A stretch of DNA of 64,000 nt. Origin: an uncultured Methanomicrobiales archaeon (GTDB lineage Archaea; Halobacteriota; Methanomicrobia; Methanomicrobiales; Methanospirillaceae). Below the pieces are notes generated by a model. That model had not been told where the DNA came from. It worked only from the letters and a program-made list of their open reading frames with translations, and did no database searches. Of this stretch, positions 31,864-41,707 are shown piece after piece. Location: the NCBI GenBank assembly GCA_963697895.1, contig OY969100.1, positions 320,001-384,000 of the forward strand, read 5' to 3'. The position numbers were made by a program, and so were the translations under genes. Every line of letters starts with the position of its first letter. Position 1 is the first letter of the stretch.

Positions 31864-33033
31864 TCACCGTTCCCGGTTTTGCATAATTTCCAGCACCCGT
31901 GACCAAATCGCATCAGCCGCATCTTCTTTCGTCCCGCTGCATCTGCCTCTCTGTTCCGCGGTGATCAGCCCGAAATCCCCGCCAGGGGCTCCCATTGCAT
32001 CAGGGGTATTGGTCACCACGAGGGTAGCACCCCGGGAAAGCAGAGAAACTGCATCAGATTCCGGTTCCCACCCCATCTTGAAGGCGACGGTCAGCGGGTG
32101 GAACCCGTCGATCACCTCATTGAGAAGTTTCGGGAAAGGCTCGAGTTGTATCGTGGCACGACCTCCACTCTTCAGCTTACCCTGCAGTCGTTCCGGCGCA
32201 AAATCCGAGATAGCCGCCGAACTCACGTATATCTCAAATGCTTCATTCCGGAAAAGATCGAGCACAGCAGTCCGCATATCCCCGGCCGATGTAGCAGAAA
32301 TATTCCTCACACAGGGGAACTTATCGCCATGGACAACCGTCACCTCGGCTCCGAGCCGGAACGCCTGGAGGGCAAGGGCTCTTCCCATCTGTCCGGTTGA
32401 CCGTGTGGTGAGTACCCGCACATCATCAATGGGCTCCATGCACTTTCCACTCGTGATAAGCACCCGTATTTCAGCAAGGGGGTGGCCGAGAAGCGCCCGT
32501 TCGCACTCCAGCACAATTCCTTCACTATCAGAAATTTTTGCTTTTCCCTCTTCAATTCGAGGCTCAACAACGGAAATACCCCAACTCATGAGGCGCTCGA
32601 TCCCCGCGGTGACGGCAGGATGACGGTACATGCTTTCATGCATCGCCGGCACCAGGACGACCGGCATTCCCCTGCCTATCGCCGTCGTCGCGAAGGTGGT
32701 CACCGGGGTATCGTCGATTCCTGCGGCGATCTTCCCGATGGTGTTTGCCGTGCAGGGCGCGATGAGGAGAAGGTCTGCCCCTCCACCCTCGCCACAATGG
32801 GCGACATGCTCTACGAGACCGGATATCTGCGTGATAACCGGCCTCTCCGTCGCATATACGAGGGCGTCCGGGTGTATGATCCTGGTCGCCGCTCCGCTCA
32901 TTACAACAGTGACCCCTGCCCCGCGTCGCCGGAGCATATGCACGATCCTGACCGTTTCGACAGCTGCGATGCTTCCCGTTACTCCGAGGACGATCTCTTT
33001 TCCTTCGAGCGTTCGGAGGTTGTTCACCGGCAT
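31864..33033 (-). CDS. coaBC: Bifunctional phosphopantothenoylcysteine decarboxylase/synthetase
   Basis: GVTGSIAA, APCTANTIGK, VPAMH, EPIDDVR, STGQMG, AAISDF. Confidence 0.95.
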   Translation of the reverse strand: MPVNNLRTLEGKEIVLGVTGSIAAVETVRIVHMLRRRGAGVTVVMSGAATRIIHPDALVYATERPVITQISGLVEHVAHCGEGGGADLLLIAPCTANTIGKIAAGIDDTPVTTFATTAIGRGMPVVLVPAMHESMYRHPAVTAGIERLMSWGISVVEPRIEEGKAKISDSEGIVLECERALLGHPLAEIRVLITSGKCMEPIDDVRVLTTRSTGQMGRALALQAFRLGAEVTVVHGDKFPCVRNISATSAGDMRTAVLDLFRNEAFEIYVSSAAISDFAPERLQGKLKSGGRATIQLEPFPKLLNEVIDGFHPLTVAFKMGWEPESDAVSLLSRGATLVVTNTPDAMGAPGGDFGLITAEQRGRCSGTKEDAADAIWSRVLEIMQNRER

Positions 33034-33893
33034 CTCACATCCTGTACCCAGTGCCATATGCCTGGACCGTATTTTTTAACCTTTCGTATCGAAATTTCGG
33101 CCTTGTACCCTGCCTCGCAGATGATCGGATCGATAACCGGCGGCAGGTTTCCGGTGGTATGTACGTGGATCACGCTTCCCGAGCGGATATGTTCGAGGGC
33201 AACCGGAAGATACCTGACCGCCTCAAAGTGTCCCATCACGATCCGGTCATATGTTCCCGAGAGGAGATCGGCACAATCCCCATATGATGCAGTGACGCGA
33301 GATTCAACCCGGTTTGCCGGGATATTCTGTTCCAGGTACCTGAACGCGACCGGATTGATCTCCATCGCGTGAACATACGCACCTTTCATGGCGACAGGAA
33401 TGGTAAAGTATCCAATTCCTGCAAACATATCAGCGACCCGCTCACCCGGCGTGGTCAGCCGCTGCATGCGGACTTTTTCTTCACGGTTTCCTTGGGCAAA
33501 CATCACTCTGCAGGGGTTAAGGTGGAAGGTTATCCCCTGTTCCACGTGAACGGTCTCTCCCACACTTCCCGCCAGGAGCTCTGCATCAGGGATTCGCTCT
33601 GCTCCCCGGAACGATTTGATCCAGATAACTCCGCGGGGACGTCGCCATCTGATGATCCGATCTATCTCATCAGGAACCGGTTTTTTTCCATGCAGGACGG
33701 CAATATCTCCGATCATCTGAAAACCGCGCCCCTTATAGGGGCTGCGATCAGGGATAATCCGCTCACAGGGGTATTCATCCTTTACCGGAACGAACGCTTG
33801 CTCCCCTTCCACGTACGTGCGCCGACGGGTATCCGCCCACTCCTCGATCAGAATGTCTCCGAGCAATTTTCGCTCTACTACCCGGACACGCAT
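33024..33893 (-). CDS. Trm5/Taw2 (TYW2)-family tRNA-37 modifying SAM-dependent transferase
   Basis: VMFAQGN..EK.R, DMFAGIGYF, EINP, DRIVMG, VKKYGPG. Confidence 0.85.
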   Translation of the reverse strand: MRVRVVERKLLGDILIEEWADTRRRTYVEGEQAFVPVKDEYPCERIIPDRSPYKGRGFQMIGDIAVLHGKKPVPDEIDRIIRWRRPRGVIWIKSFRGAERIPDAELLAGSVGETVHVEQGITFHLNPCRVMFAQGNREEKVRMQRLTTPGERVADMFAGIGYFTIPVAMKGAYVHAMEINPVAFRYLEQNIPANRVESRVTASYGDCADLLSGTYDRIVMGHFEAVRYLPVALEHIRSGSVIHVHTTGNLPPVIDPIICEAGYKAEISIRKVKKYGPGIWHWVQDVRCR

Positions 33894-33895
33894 GT

Positions 33896-34933
33896 CTAAT
33901 CCACCAGGATAAGGATATTTCCGTCCTTCAATACCTGCACCGTCTCTCCCGGGCCGATTTCGGACCGCTTTCCGACCGGAATCTCCCGGGTGATTCCGGT
34001 ATCCTGTTCGATAACCCCGATTATGTCCCCGTCCCGGAACGCAACGAGGGCCTGCTTGGCATCACGGGAATTCCCGATCACCCGGTTCACCTCTTCCAGA
34101 CGGGTGGTTCTGACCGTTCCACTCAGGAGATCGGTGTACCGGATACTTTGCTGATCGACCTGCATAACCTCCCCGTACCTCCCTTTAACCTCGATGATGT
34201 CTCCCCGGGAGAACCGCGGTAATCGCACCAAATAGGTGACCCGGTAAACCTGCCTTCCTGCCTTCTCACCGATGAGTTTCGGGTGGGTTGTAACCCTCCC
34301 TCCCAGTCTCCGGCAGATCGCAAGGGCAATTTCATGCCCTATATGCTGGGAACCAACGGTTATATCCAATCCATCCCGGGTCTCCTCGATCCTGACGATA
34401 AACGAGAGGCGTTCCCCGCCGGACTGCATCGCGTCTTCCAGCTCGGTCGCAATCCGTCCGGCTGTTTCCACTTCATGAAGGCTGGGTTTCCGTCCTGTAG
34501 CCCGGACCTGGACGACCCCTTCGTGGTAATTCCCGCTGATCCGGTTACAGCGGTCGCATTGTTCTTTCAGCCACGCAATCTCCACCTGACATTCCCCTTC
34601 CACCGGGATGCCATAGAGCAGCCCCTCAACGGTGACACGGGCGGACGACCGGTTTACGGTGTTCTCCCGGATAGCCATCCGGAGGGAAACCTGTTCCAGG
34701 TTCGGGTGGAGATACAGGCCTGTCCGCACTAGTTCCGGCCCGAGGGAATCCCGATCGAGGGTGGTATCGGTCCAGGTATTCCCGGATTTCTGTGCGCCGC
34801 ATACCGGACACCGGACACTGATCACCCGGGATTCCGATCGGAGCCAGGGAGTCTGCTCCACGCGGCATTGAGAGCATGTTCCCTCGTCTTTCACGGGTCT
34901 TCCGCAATGTGGACAGATCTGCTCGGTGATCAT
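33896..34933 (-). CDS. NMD3-family ribosome biogenesis protein
   Basis: Four CxxC pairs; GNYHEGVVQVR; KLIGEKAGRQVYRVT. Confidence 0.9.
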   Translation of the reverse strand: MITEQICPHCGRPVKDEGTCSQCRVEQTPWLRSESRVISVRCPVCGAQKSGNTWTDTTLDRDSLGPELVRTGLYLHPNLEQVSLRMAIRENTVNRSSARVTVEGLLYGIPVEGECQVEIAWLKEQCDRCNRISGNYHEGVVQVRATGRKPSLHEVETAGRIATELEDAMQSGGERLSFIVRIEETRDGLDITVGSQHIGHEIALAICRRLGGRVTTHPKLIGEKAGRQVYRVTYLVRLPRFSRGDIIEVKGRYGEVMQVDQQSIRYTDLLSGTVRTTRLEEVNRVIGNSRDAKQALVAFRDGDIIGVIEQDTGITREIPVGKRSEIGPGETVQVLKDGNILILVD

Positions 34934-34937
34934 TACA

Positions 34938-35231
34938 TCAGAGCCTGAGGATCTGGGCGTGCGGTATCGTTCCGAGCATTATACAACCGGACTTATCGAT
35001 GAACCCTCGGGAGATTGCGAGCGTGATAACCCTCGGTCCCATGAGGTTTGCATTTTCCGCCCGTTCAAGCGCTGAGCAGACCTCTTCCGGAGTAGCCGGA
35101 CAGTTGCCGTAGAACTTTTCGGATACGCAGATATCGATATCACCATATTCTATGCGGGTATTCAGAAGTTCCCGATCACATGCGGCTACCACTTCATTGC
35201 CATCGGGTGTTCGGTGGATCTTTAAATACAT
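34938..35231 (-). CDS. DUF424 family protein
   Basis: VVAACDRELL, VSEKFYG, ANLMG, IPHAQ. Confidence 0.88.
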   Translation of the reverse strand: MYLKIHRTPDGNEVVAACDRELLNTRIEYGDIDICVSEKFYGNCPATPEEVCSALERAENANLMGPRVITLAISRGFIDKSGCIMLGTIPHAQILRL

Positions 35232-35366
35232 CGATCATTATGGGAGGGTTGCGCTATTAAAAATATAAGCCGTGACACCCGGAACCGCCCGATCCCGAAG
35301 AATATCAGGATGTCAAAATTTCTATCCTCTCCGTATATGGCTTCTCCGGCTACGAGCAGGTCTGCC

Positions 35367-36194
35367 TCAAAGAACTATCTCGACCCCGTATACCTGTGCC
35401 GGGGTCTCGGTGTGGATCCGGTGTACATCTTCCTCCTCGATCATCTCCTCACCCAGCAGCCGAAGGGTAAACCGTGGAACCGATTTCGGACCGATTACAG
35501 CTCCTGGCCGGGAGAGTTCATCCATATAGTCGCTCTCCATCATGAACCTCCTTCCCGCACGACAGAGTTCAGGTATATCGGGATTCCTGGCGATGAGGGA
35601 GGGGACGAGAGGGGTTTCCCCCGATCCGTAATGCTTTACAACCCGATCCGGTGGCATGCCGGCTTGACGCGCGATCTCCGGTACATCCGCACAGGGGCCG
35701 GACTCGGCATGTATCTGAACTGCACAGTCGCACCGGCTACCAAGGGAGAATGCATGGCGGAGCACCTGATTCGATGCGTTCCATACGGGATCCGGCACCT
35801 CGTAATGGGGGCGTCCACTTTTAAGGGCGTACGCCGACCCTTCGCGGATGTAATCCGCAGCAATATCAAGTCCCCCCTTCATGATCATCACAGCATCCTC
35901 GAGGGACATGCTCTCAGACAGCTGGGTGAGCTCGGCTGGATGCACCCCGAGGATTGGAAAAACAACGAGGCCGATCTCGCGACAACTACACGCAATGTGG
36001 AGGGTTTCGTCAAATATCTGAATGTAATCCTCAGGTGAACGAGGAAGGATTCCGTGGGAACCGGCCGGTTTGTTAACCAGGAAGAGATGTGTGCCCCCGA
36101 CACGCTGAAAATCACGTGCCGCCTCGATACCCCGCCCGTTAACCGGGTCCAGGTGAATATGATCATCGGTGATCGGAAACGGAGGCGTCTTCAT
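35367..36194 (-). CDS. TatD-family metal-dependent hydrolase
   Basis: DDHIHLD, LGVHPAE, GRPHY, QIHAE, VKHY, MESDY.D...RPGAV. Confidence 0.9.
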   Translation of the reverse strand: MKTPPFPITDDHIHLDPVNGRGIEAARDFQRVGGTHLFLVNKPAGSHGILPRSPEDYIQIFDETLHIACSCREIGLVVFPILGVHPAELTQLSESMSLEDAVMIMKGGLDIAADYIREGSAYALKSGRPHYEVPDPVWNASNQVLRHAFSLGSRCDCAVQIHAESGPCADVPEIARQAGMPPDRVVKHYGSGETPLVPSLIARNPDIPELCRAGRRFMMESDYMDELSRPGAVIGPKSVPRFTLRLLGEEMIEEEDVHRIHTETPAQVYGVEIVL

Positions 36195-36519
36195 CGCATT
36201 CCACGATCTCCATCAGAGGATATCCGCCGGCTCTGTGCAACCGCGCATGACAGGAGGCTGTTCCTACCCGTGTTCTGATCTCCACATCAAACATTAATCC
36301 CTGGACCTCTGAATACCCGAAGGCATTGGGATTCATCAGTCCTCTGTCGAGTCTCACCTTAATTTCCTCGACGAAAGGCTGCAAAATCACGCTTTTTTCG
36401 ATCGCCTGCTCGATCACCGGGGATATAGCCGGAGAGACCGGTGTGCCGACCCACTGATGATAGAGGGCGCCGAGTTTGATCGCCGCTTCAAATATTGCGC
36501 GATCCCGGTCGCTCGCCAT
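36163..36519 (-). CDS. mptD: Archaeal dihydroneopterin aldolase
   Basis: RAIFEAAIKLGALYHQWVGTPVS, LQPFV, FGYSE, YPLM. Confidence 0.88.
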   Translation of the reverse strand: MASDRDRAIFEAAIKLGALYHQWVGTPVSPAISPVIEQAIEKSVILQPFVEEIKVRLDRGLMNPNAFGYSEVQGLMFDVEIRTRVGTASCHARLHRAGGYPLMEIVECDEDASVSDHR

Positions 36520-36546
36520 GATCAAGGATAGGGGGTCACGGGTTAT

Positions 36547-36571
36547 TAAAAGAGGATCCTTCAGATCCTCT
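36547..36571 (-). terminator. Hairpin followed by a short U-tract downstream of mcm
   Basis: Perfect 8-bp inverted repeat AGAGGATC-CTTCA-GATCCTCT at 36551-36571; TTTTA follows on the minus strand. Confidence 0.45.
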
Positions 36572-36643
36572 CAAAGGAAAATATATTAAGGTGGGAGATG
36601 GAAGAGGTCGCTTTTCCGGTAAATTCCGGCCATTTCCGGGGAT

Positions 36644-38779
36644 CTAGAGAAGTTTAATATTTCCCGACTTTGGCTCCATCGCCTCACCACCCCGGCGGAG
36701 CATCTCCAGCACGTTGAGTATATCATCCCGGGAAAATCCGCGCTGGGCTATGAGACCGATCACATCGTCCACCTTCGCCCATCCGCTCGGATCGGCGATA
36801 TCCCGAATCACCTCCTTCGTGGTCCTGATCAGATCCCTTTTCCCCTTGGAGATCCCGGTGACGACTTTATCGATATCGAATGTTCCGGACTTTGCATCAT
36901 ACGCCACCTGTCGAAGGCAGGTATCGACGATATTGACCACCCGTTCTGCATCTGTCAGTTCGATCGTGTTGGAGAGCCGAATACGTGCACTTGCCTCTGC
37001 AAGCCTCACAAGAGCCTCCAACTGCCGTGCCGTTACCGGCACGGGTTTATTGGTATCTGCAAGGTCCCGGAGTTTCATATAGTAAGCGATGAGAGATTCC
37101 TTTGCCTCCGACGTGAGGCGCGGGAAACAGGTCCGTTTTGCAAATGCCACATATTTCCGGAAGAACTGGGGATCTATGTCCGGTGTCACGGGCTTTAATT
37201 GTTCCTTTATGAACTCATCCGTCACCCCGTGGATCGGGGAATGGGCATGCTGGACCATCAGCTCCCCAATTCCATGTGCCTTGAGGATGTGATCCGCGAT
37301 AGCGCTGTCACGCTTATGATCGGGACGATCCGTCATGATAAAGATAAGGTCGAACCGGGAGAGGAGTGAGGCTGGCATATTTATCTGGTCACCAATCGGC
37401 GCGAAATCATCAAACCTGCCATATTTGGGATTGGCTGCCCCGAGGAGGGCACACCGGGACTTGAGCGTCGCTGTAATGCCGGCTTTTGCCACACTGATGG
37501 ACTGCTGCTCCATCGCTTCATGGAGTGCACTCCGGTCCTCTTTATGCATCTTGTCCATCTCATCGACTGCAGCGATTCCCTTATCTGCCAGGACGAGCGC
37601 TCCTGCCTCCAGCGTCCATCGTCCATCCCCGAACTCATCCTTCACTGCCGTTGCGGTGAGGCCTGCGGATGTCGAGGATTGTCCACTCGTATAGATCGCC
37701 CGCGGTGAGAGCTTGACGACGTACCTGAGGAGCTGACTCTTCGCGATCCCCGGATCACCAATGAGGAGCACATGGATATCCCCACGAAGATGACTTCCGT
37801 CCGGCATTTCCTTGGCTATTCCTCCGAAGATCTGGAGTGCGATCGCTTCCTTAACGTCTTCGTTCCCGTAGATGGTCGGCGCAATCGAATGGACGATCTT
37901 CCGATAGACCTGCGGGTCTTTTGAAAGGTTCCGGATCTCTCCCTCATCCCTCTCGTTGATCTCCACCTCCTCAAATTCCTTCTCTGCGATCTCGATGGAA
38001 TTGCACTCCATATAGATGTCAAATATCGTGCTCTTGTCCCCGTGTGTGATCCTCTGAACAGACCGCAGTATCCCGTTCACGACGATACGATCTCCGGGAG
38101 CTACGATTCCGGTCAGGTCGTCTGTGACATCGACATCGATCGTCTGGGGCTGTTCTCCTCCGCGCAACCCTTCGGGCGATTCCTGAATCCGCAATTTCTG
38201 GGAATCAACAAACCGTGAACGCTTCGGCACAAGCTCGATCTTTTTAAAGGTGCATCCGTCTGTGGCACAACCGTCCGGCTCCTGGAATTTCCCGTATCCC
38301 TGTTTCTTCTCGGTAAAGTGACCGGCCGGGCAACGGAAGACCGCATGGACAACCCGCGGCCTTACTTCGGTCGTCTTTCGAAGGATGCCCTCAACGCTGA
38401 TGAACCGGTTGATGTCATCTGCCCGAATCTCGCGAATACCAGTCTTCCTTGGGAGATTGATGAACCGAATGTTGATGGTCGTCCCTTCTTTCTTATTCCG
38501 GGCCCTGAACAGCTGGTGGTTTTTGATGGCATTCTGCACATCCTCCAGCACTTTGCCCGGGTTTTCCAGGATTTCATCTGCTATCCGGGTTCCCGTCTTC
38601 CCGTAACTGACCACATCCCGATAGTCGATCGCGAGCGAACGCCTGAAAGGATACTCCCGCGTCAGCTCACCAAGTTGTTTTTTATACCGTGATTTGAGGA
38701 ATTTACTCCAGTCGGCATCCCGGTCCGTTATCTCCGGGTTTTCCGTTTCCTGCATTTCTCCCATGTAACTTCCTCTCAT
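36644..38779 (-). CDS. mcm: Replicative helicase MCM (no intein)
   Basis: Zn finger, [46 protein letters not shown]. Confidence 0.97.
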   Translation of the reverse strand: MRGSYMGEMQETENPEITDRDADWSKFLKSRYKKQLGELTREYPFRRSLAIDYRDVVSYGKTGTRIADEILENPGKVLEDVQNAIKNHQLFRARNKKEGTTINIRFINLPRKTGIREIRADDINRFISVEGILRKTTEVRPRVVHAVFRCPAGHFTEKKQGYGKFQEPDGCATDGCTFKKIELVPKRSRFVDSQKLRIQESPEGLRGGEQPQTIDVDVTDDLTGIVAPGDRIVVNGILRSVQRITHGDKSTIFDIYMECNSIEIAEKEFEEVEINERDEGEIRNLSKDPQVYRKIVHSIAPTIYGNEDVKEAIALQIFGGIAKEMPDGSHLRGDIHVLLIGDPGIAKSQLLRYVVKLSPRAIYTSGQSSTSAGLTATAVKDEFGDGRWTLEAGALVLADKGIAAVDEMDKMHKEDRSALHEAMEQQSISVAKAGITATLKSRCALLGAANPKYGRFDDFAPIGDQINMPASLLSRFDLIFIMTDRPDHKRDSAIADHILKAHGIGELMVQHAHSPIHGVTDEFIKEQLKPVTPDIDPQFFRKYVAFAKRTCFPRLTSEAKESLIAYYMKLRDLADTNKPVPVTARQLEALVRLAEASARIRLSNTIELTDAERVVNIVDTCLRQVAYDAKSGTFDIDKVVTGISKGKRDLIRTTKEVIRDIADPSGWAKVDDVIGLIAQRGFSRDDILNVLEMLRRGGEAMEPKSGNIKLL

Positions 38780-39748
38780 TTACCGCTGCGCCGGGCGTGC
38801 ATCACGAACTGGGCAATCAGGGCTTCCATCTGGATCTCCGTGTCGGCGCCTTCGGAGAGGCGGAAATCGGTGACCCCGAGCCGGTCTATCAAAGCCACTT
38901 TTAAACCCTGATCCATGTCTCTTTTAACCAATGCGCGGTAACATTGGCTTATTAATTCCGGTGGGGCGATTCCCCGTTCGTTCAGCAGGCGATCCATTAC
39001 CATCTCAGCCCCGTCGAAATCGCCCGACAGGGAGAGAGCTGAGCAGCTCTTCGATCTCATCCGGCCGGGCACTCGATGTAATGGCATATACCCGCCCTGC
39101 ATCGATATCCGGGCTGATGATCGCTGCGCCCTGCAGGGCATTGATCGCCTTTCGCATGTCTCCCTGGGAGATGTACACGATCGCGTCGAGAGCTCCGTCG
39201 GTAAGATTCAAGCCCTCGCATTGAGCGATTCGGAGCATCTCTTTGATAACTGCATCCCTTCTCAGTGGTCTGAAACGATAAATTGCACACCGGCTCTGGA
39301 TGGGATCGATGATCTTCGAGGAATAGTTGCAGGAGAGAATGAACCGGCATGTCTGGGCAAAATTTTCCATGGTCCTTCGGAGGGCGGACTGTGCATCCGG
39401 GGTGAGCGCATCCGCCTCGTCGAGGAAGAGGATCTTGAAGCCTGCACCGCCAAGGGGGGAAGTCCGTGCGAACTGCTTGATCTGGTTCCGCACGACGTCA
39501 ATTCCCCGCTCGTCCGAAGCATTCAGTTCCCGAAAATTCAGGTGCCAGTTATCTTTGAAAAATTCCCGTGCAAGGGCTACTGCTGCGGTCGTCTTCCCGA
39601 CTCCGGCACTCCCGGTGAACAGAAGGTGCGGCAGACTCCCACTCCTGACATACGATGCGAGTCGCTCGATGATCTCTTCCTGCCCCACGATATCCGCCAG
39701 TTTCAGGGGCCGGTATTTCTCTATCCATATTGCCTGGCTCTCCTCCAT
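38776..39748 (-). CDS. rfcS: Replication factor C small subunit; +1 frameshift at about 39030-39045
   Basis: [35 protein letters not shown]; C-terminus continues in ORF 38776..39141 (DFRLSEGA). Confidence 0.93.
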
Positions 39749-40172
39749 GAATGACCACTCCCTCTCCCAGTTAGATCATGATCTACAATGATGTAATCTA
39801 TTCTCTATATGATTCCCTCCCGCGTGGTGCGGAGGTGAAGAAGTGTGCCTTTATACTAGTAGCTATCCGTGGAAAGCGTTTCGTTAATCTTGAATCATCA
39901 TTTTCCAATCTCATCCCGGTGAATTCATTCTGGTGTGAACCGATGCCTGCACCACATTGCGCACCAGAGAGGAATATCTGTCTTCTATGAAGGAATGCAA
40001 GGTTTATTCCAGCCAAGGGAATGGATGGATGAGTGTTCACAAACAGAAGGGATATCACCTGATATGTCAAAAAAATACGGGTACATGCATTGCTTGCATC
40101 TGTGGATCGGTTCTCTTGGATCGGAGGAGATCAGCTAGGCGAAGCCAATATTAATAGGCCGCAGGGAAGGAG

Positions 40173-40946
40173 ATGGAAGCAGCAGCACGGGTATTTGCGG
40201 GCGAATTCAATCTGACCACGCTCGAGGTGGAAGCGAACGAGCCGGGCGACTCCACCGGGGTTATCACCCCGGGGGGATTGCACTGTACCCGTCTCTTCCT
40301 TTCAGGAGCCCTCATCTCGGTCGAGGGGAGTAAAGGTGAAGGGATGCATGCCCGGCTGGCAGACCCGACCGGGGTCTTTGGCATCTCCACGGACTGGCGT
40401 GATGACCATGTCTCTTCGATCCTTGCATATTTCACGCCTCCGGTCTTCGTTACCGCCATCGGCATGGCACGGCTATTCAGGCGGGGTGGAAAAGCCATCC
40501 CCGGGGTAACACTCTCTGAAATCAGGGAAGCAGGAAGAGATGTGAGGGACACCTGGGTGATCCATACCGCCGCCGACTCACTCATCCGACTCCGGGCATT
40601 GCAGGCAGCGGTAAGTGGCGGCCCCTCCCCGGGCGATATGAATCGGGTAATATCCCACTATCGGGTTGACCGACAGATGATACACTGTCTAGCCGGAATC
40701 GCAAGATCAGCACTTGATAAGGTGACTCCTATTTCCGGAGGAGCGATTTCACCGCGTGAAGACAGGGAAGTCATTTATGAGATCATCACCGCACAGAGCG
40801 GTCCGCGGGGGATTGCTGTGACCGACCTTATCTCACGCGCCGGAACAAAGGGTCTCGATGAAGCCGCCGTTACCCGGGTGCTCGAGGCACTGATACGGGA
40901 AGATGAATGTTACCAACCATCGCCGGGGATCATTAAGCTCTTATGA
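40173..40946 (+). CDS. RPA32-like OB-fold protein with C-terminal winged helix
   Basis: A.RVFAGEF, ITPGG..C.RLFLSGAL, RLADPTG, RDTW, C-terminal ECYQP. Confidence 0.78.
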   Translation: MEAAARVFAGEFNLTTLEVEANEPGDSTGVITPGGLHCTRLFLSGALISVEGSKGEGMHARLADPTGVFGISTDWRDDHVSSILAYFTPPVFVTAIGMARLFRRGGKAIPGVTLSEIREAGRDVRDTWVIHTAADSLIRLRALQAAVSGGPSPGDMNRVISHYRVDRQMIHCLAGIARSALDKVTPISGGAISPREDREVIYEIITAQSGPRGIAVTDLISRAGTKGLDEAAVTRVLEALIREDECYQPSPGIIKLL

Positions 40947-41707
40947 GACTCGAATTCATCGATTCCGGTCCGGCTCTGGTGGTCGAGGGAGATTCGAACC
41001 GTGTCCTGGTGGCCGCTGACCTGCACCTGGGAATCGAGGCAGACATGGCAGGTCATGGGCTGCATTTCCCGAGCGGGAGCTTCCGGAGGCAGGAGCGGCT
41101 CATCGGGTGTATCCGGGAGACAGATCCGGACCAGATCCTCCTCCTCGGGGATATAAAACACAGTATACCCGGGACAACGCGTCAGGAATACCGTGAGCTC
41201 CCGTCATTGATTGCCGCTCTCCGGCGGGAAGCCCCGATCCGGATAGCACCCGGAAATCATGACCCGGGGCTGGAACGGTTTCTCGATCCGGACGAACTGC
41301 TTCCCATGGATGGAGCACTTATCGATGATGTCGGGTATCTCCATGGTCATACCTATCCGGCCCAGGCACTTGCAGGACACCTTATCATAACAGGGCACCA
41401 TCATCCGCTGGTCTCACTCCGGGATGAAGTCGGATGTTCTCTCCGGGCCCCCGCATATCTTCTGGCGGATATTGCGGGTAAATGTTTCCGGACGGGGGCA
41501 TCCGGGGAGGAAAAAACGACCCGTGCGCTTTTCGTTCCTGCATTCAACGAGTATGCAGGTTATGACATCCTCCAGATCCTTGACAAACCATTCAGCCCGC
41601 TTTCCCGCTGTATTCAACGCGAGAGCGCGGAGATCTTCCTCGCCGACGGGACATTTGTCGGACCGATCTCAGTGGTGGAGACCCGTGAACCGCATCAGAC
41701 ATCTTGA
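40943..41707 (+). CDS. Calcineurin-like metallophosphoesterase (MPE)
   Basis: ADLHLG, LLGDIKH, PGNHD, LHGH, GHHHP, VPAFN. Confidence 0.92.
   Translation: MRLEFIDSGPALVVEGDSNRVLVAADLHLGIEADMAGHGLHFPSGSFRRQERLIGCIRETDPDQILLLGDIKHSIPGTTRQEYRELPSLIAALRREAPIRIAPGNHDPGLERFLDPDELLPMDGALIDDVGYLHGHTYPAQALAGHLIITGHHHPLVSLRDEVGCSLRAPAYLLADIAGKCFRTGASGEEKTTRALFVPAFNEYAGYDILQILDKPFSPLSRCIQRESAEIFLADGTFVGPISVVETREPHQTS

Noticed and set aside
36644-38779. Intein in MCM (also checked rfcS and lhr)
   Set aside because: Lengths are normal, motifs are contiguous, and no intein splice-junction pattern was seen
39749-40172. Replication origin or C/D box sRNA between rfcS and the RPA-like gene
   Set aside because: Only one imperfect ORB-like word (TCCGTGGAAA), no cdc6/orc1 in the window, no clear unwinding element; C/D-like boxes give an implausibly short second guide; small ORFs here are unconvincing
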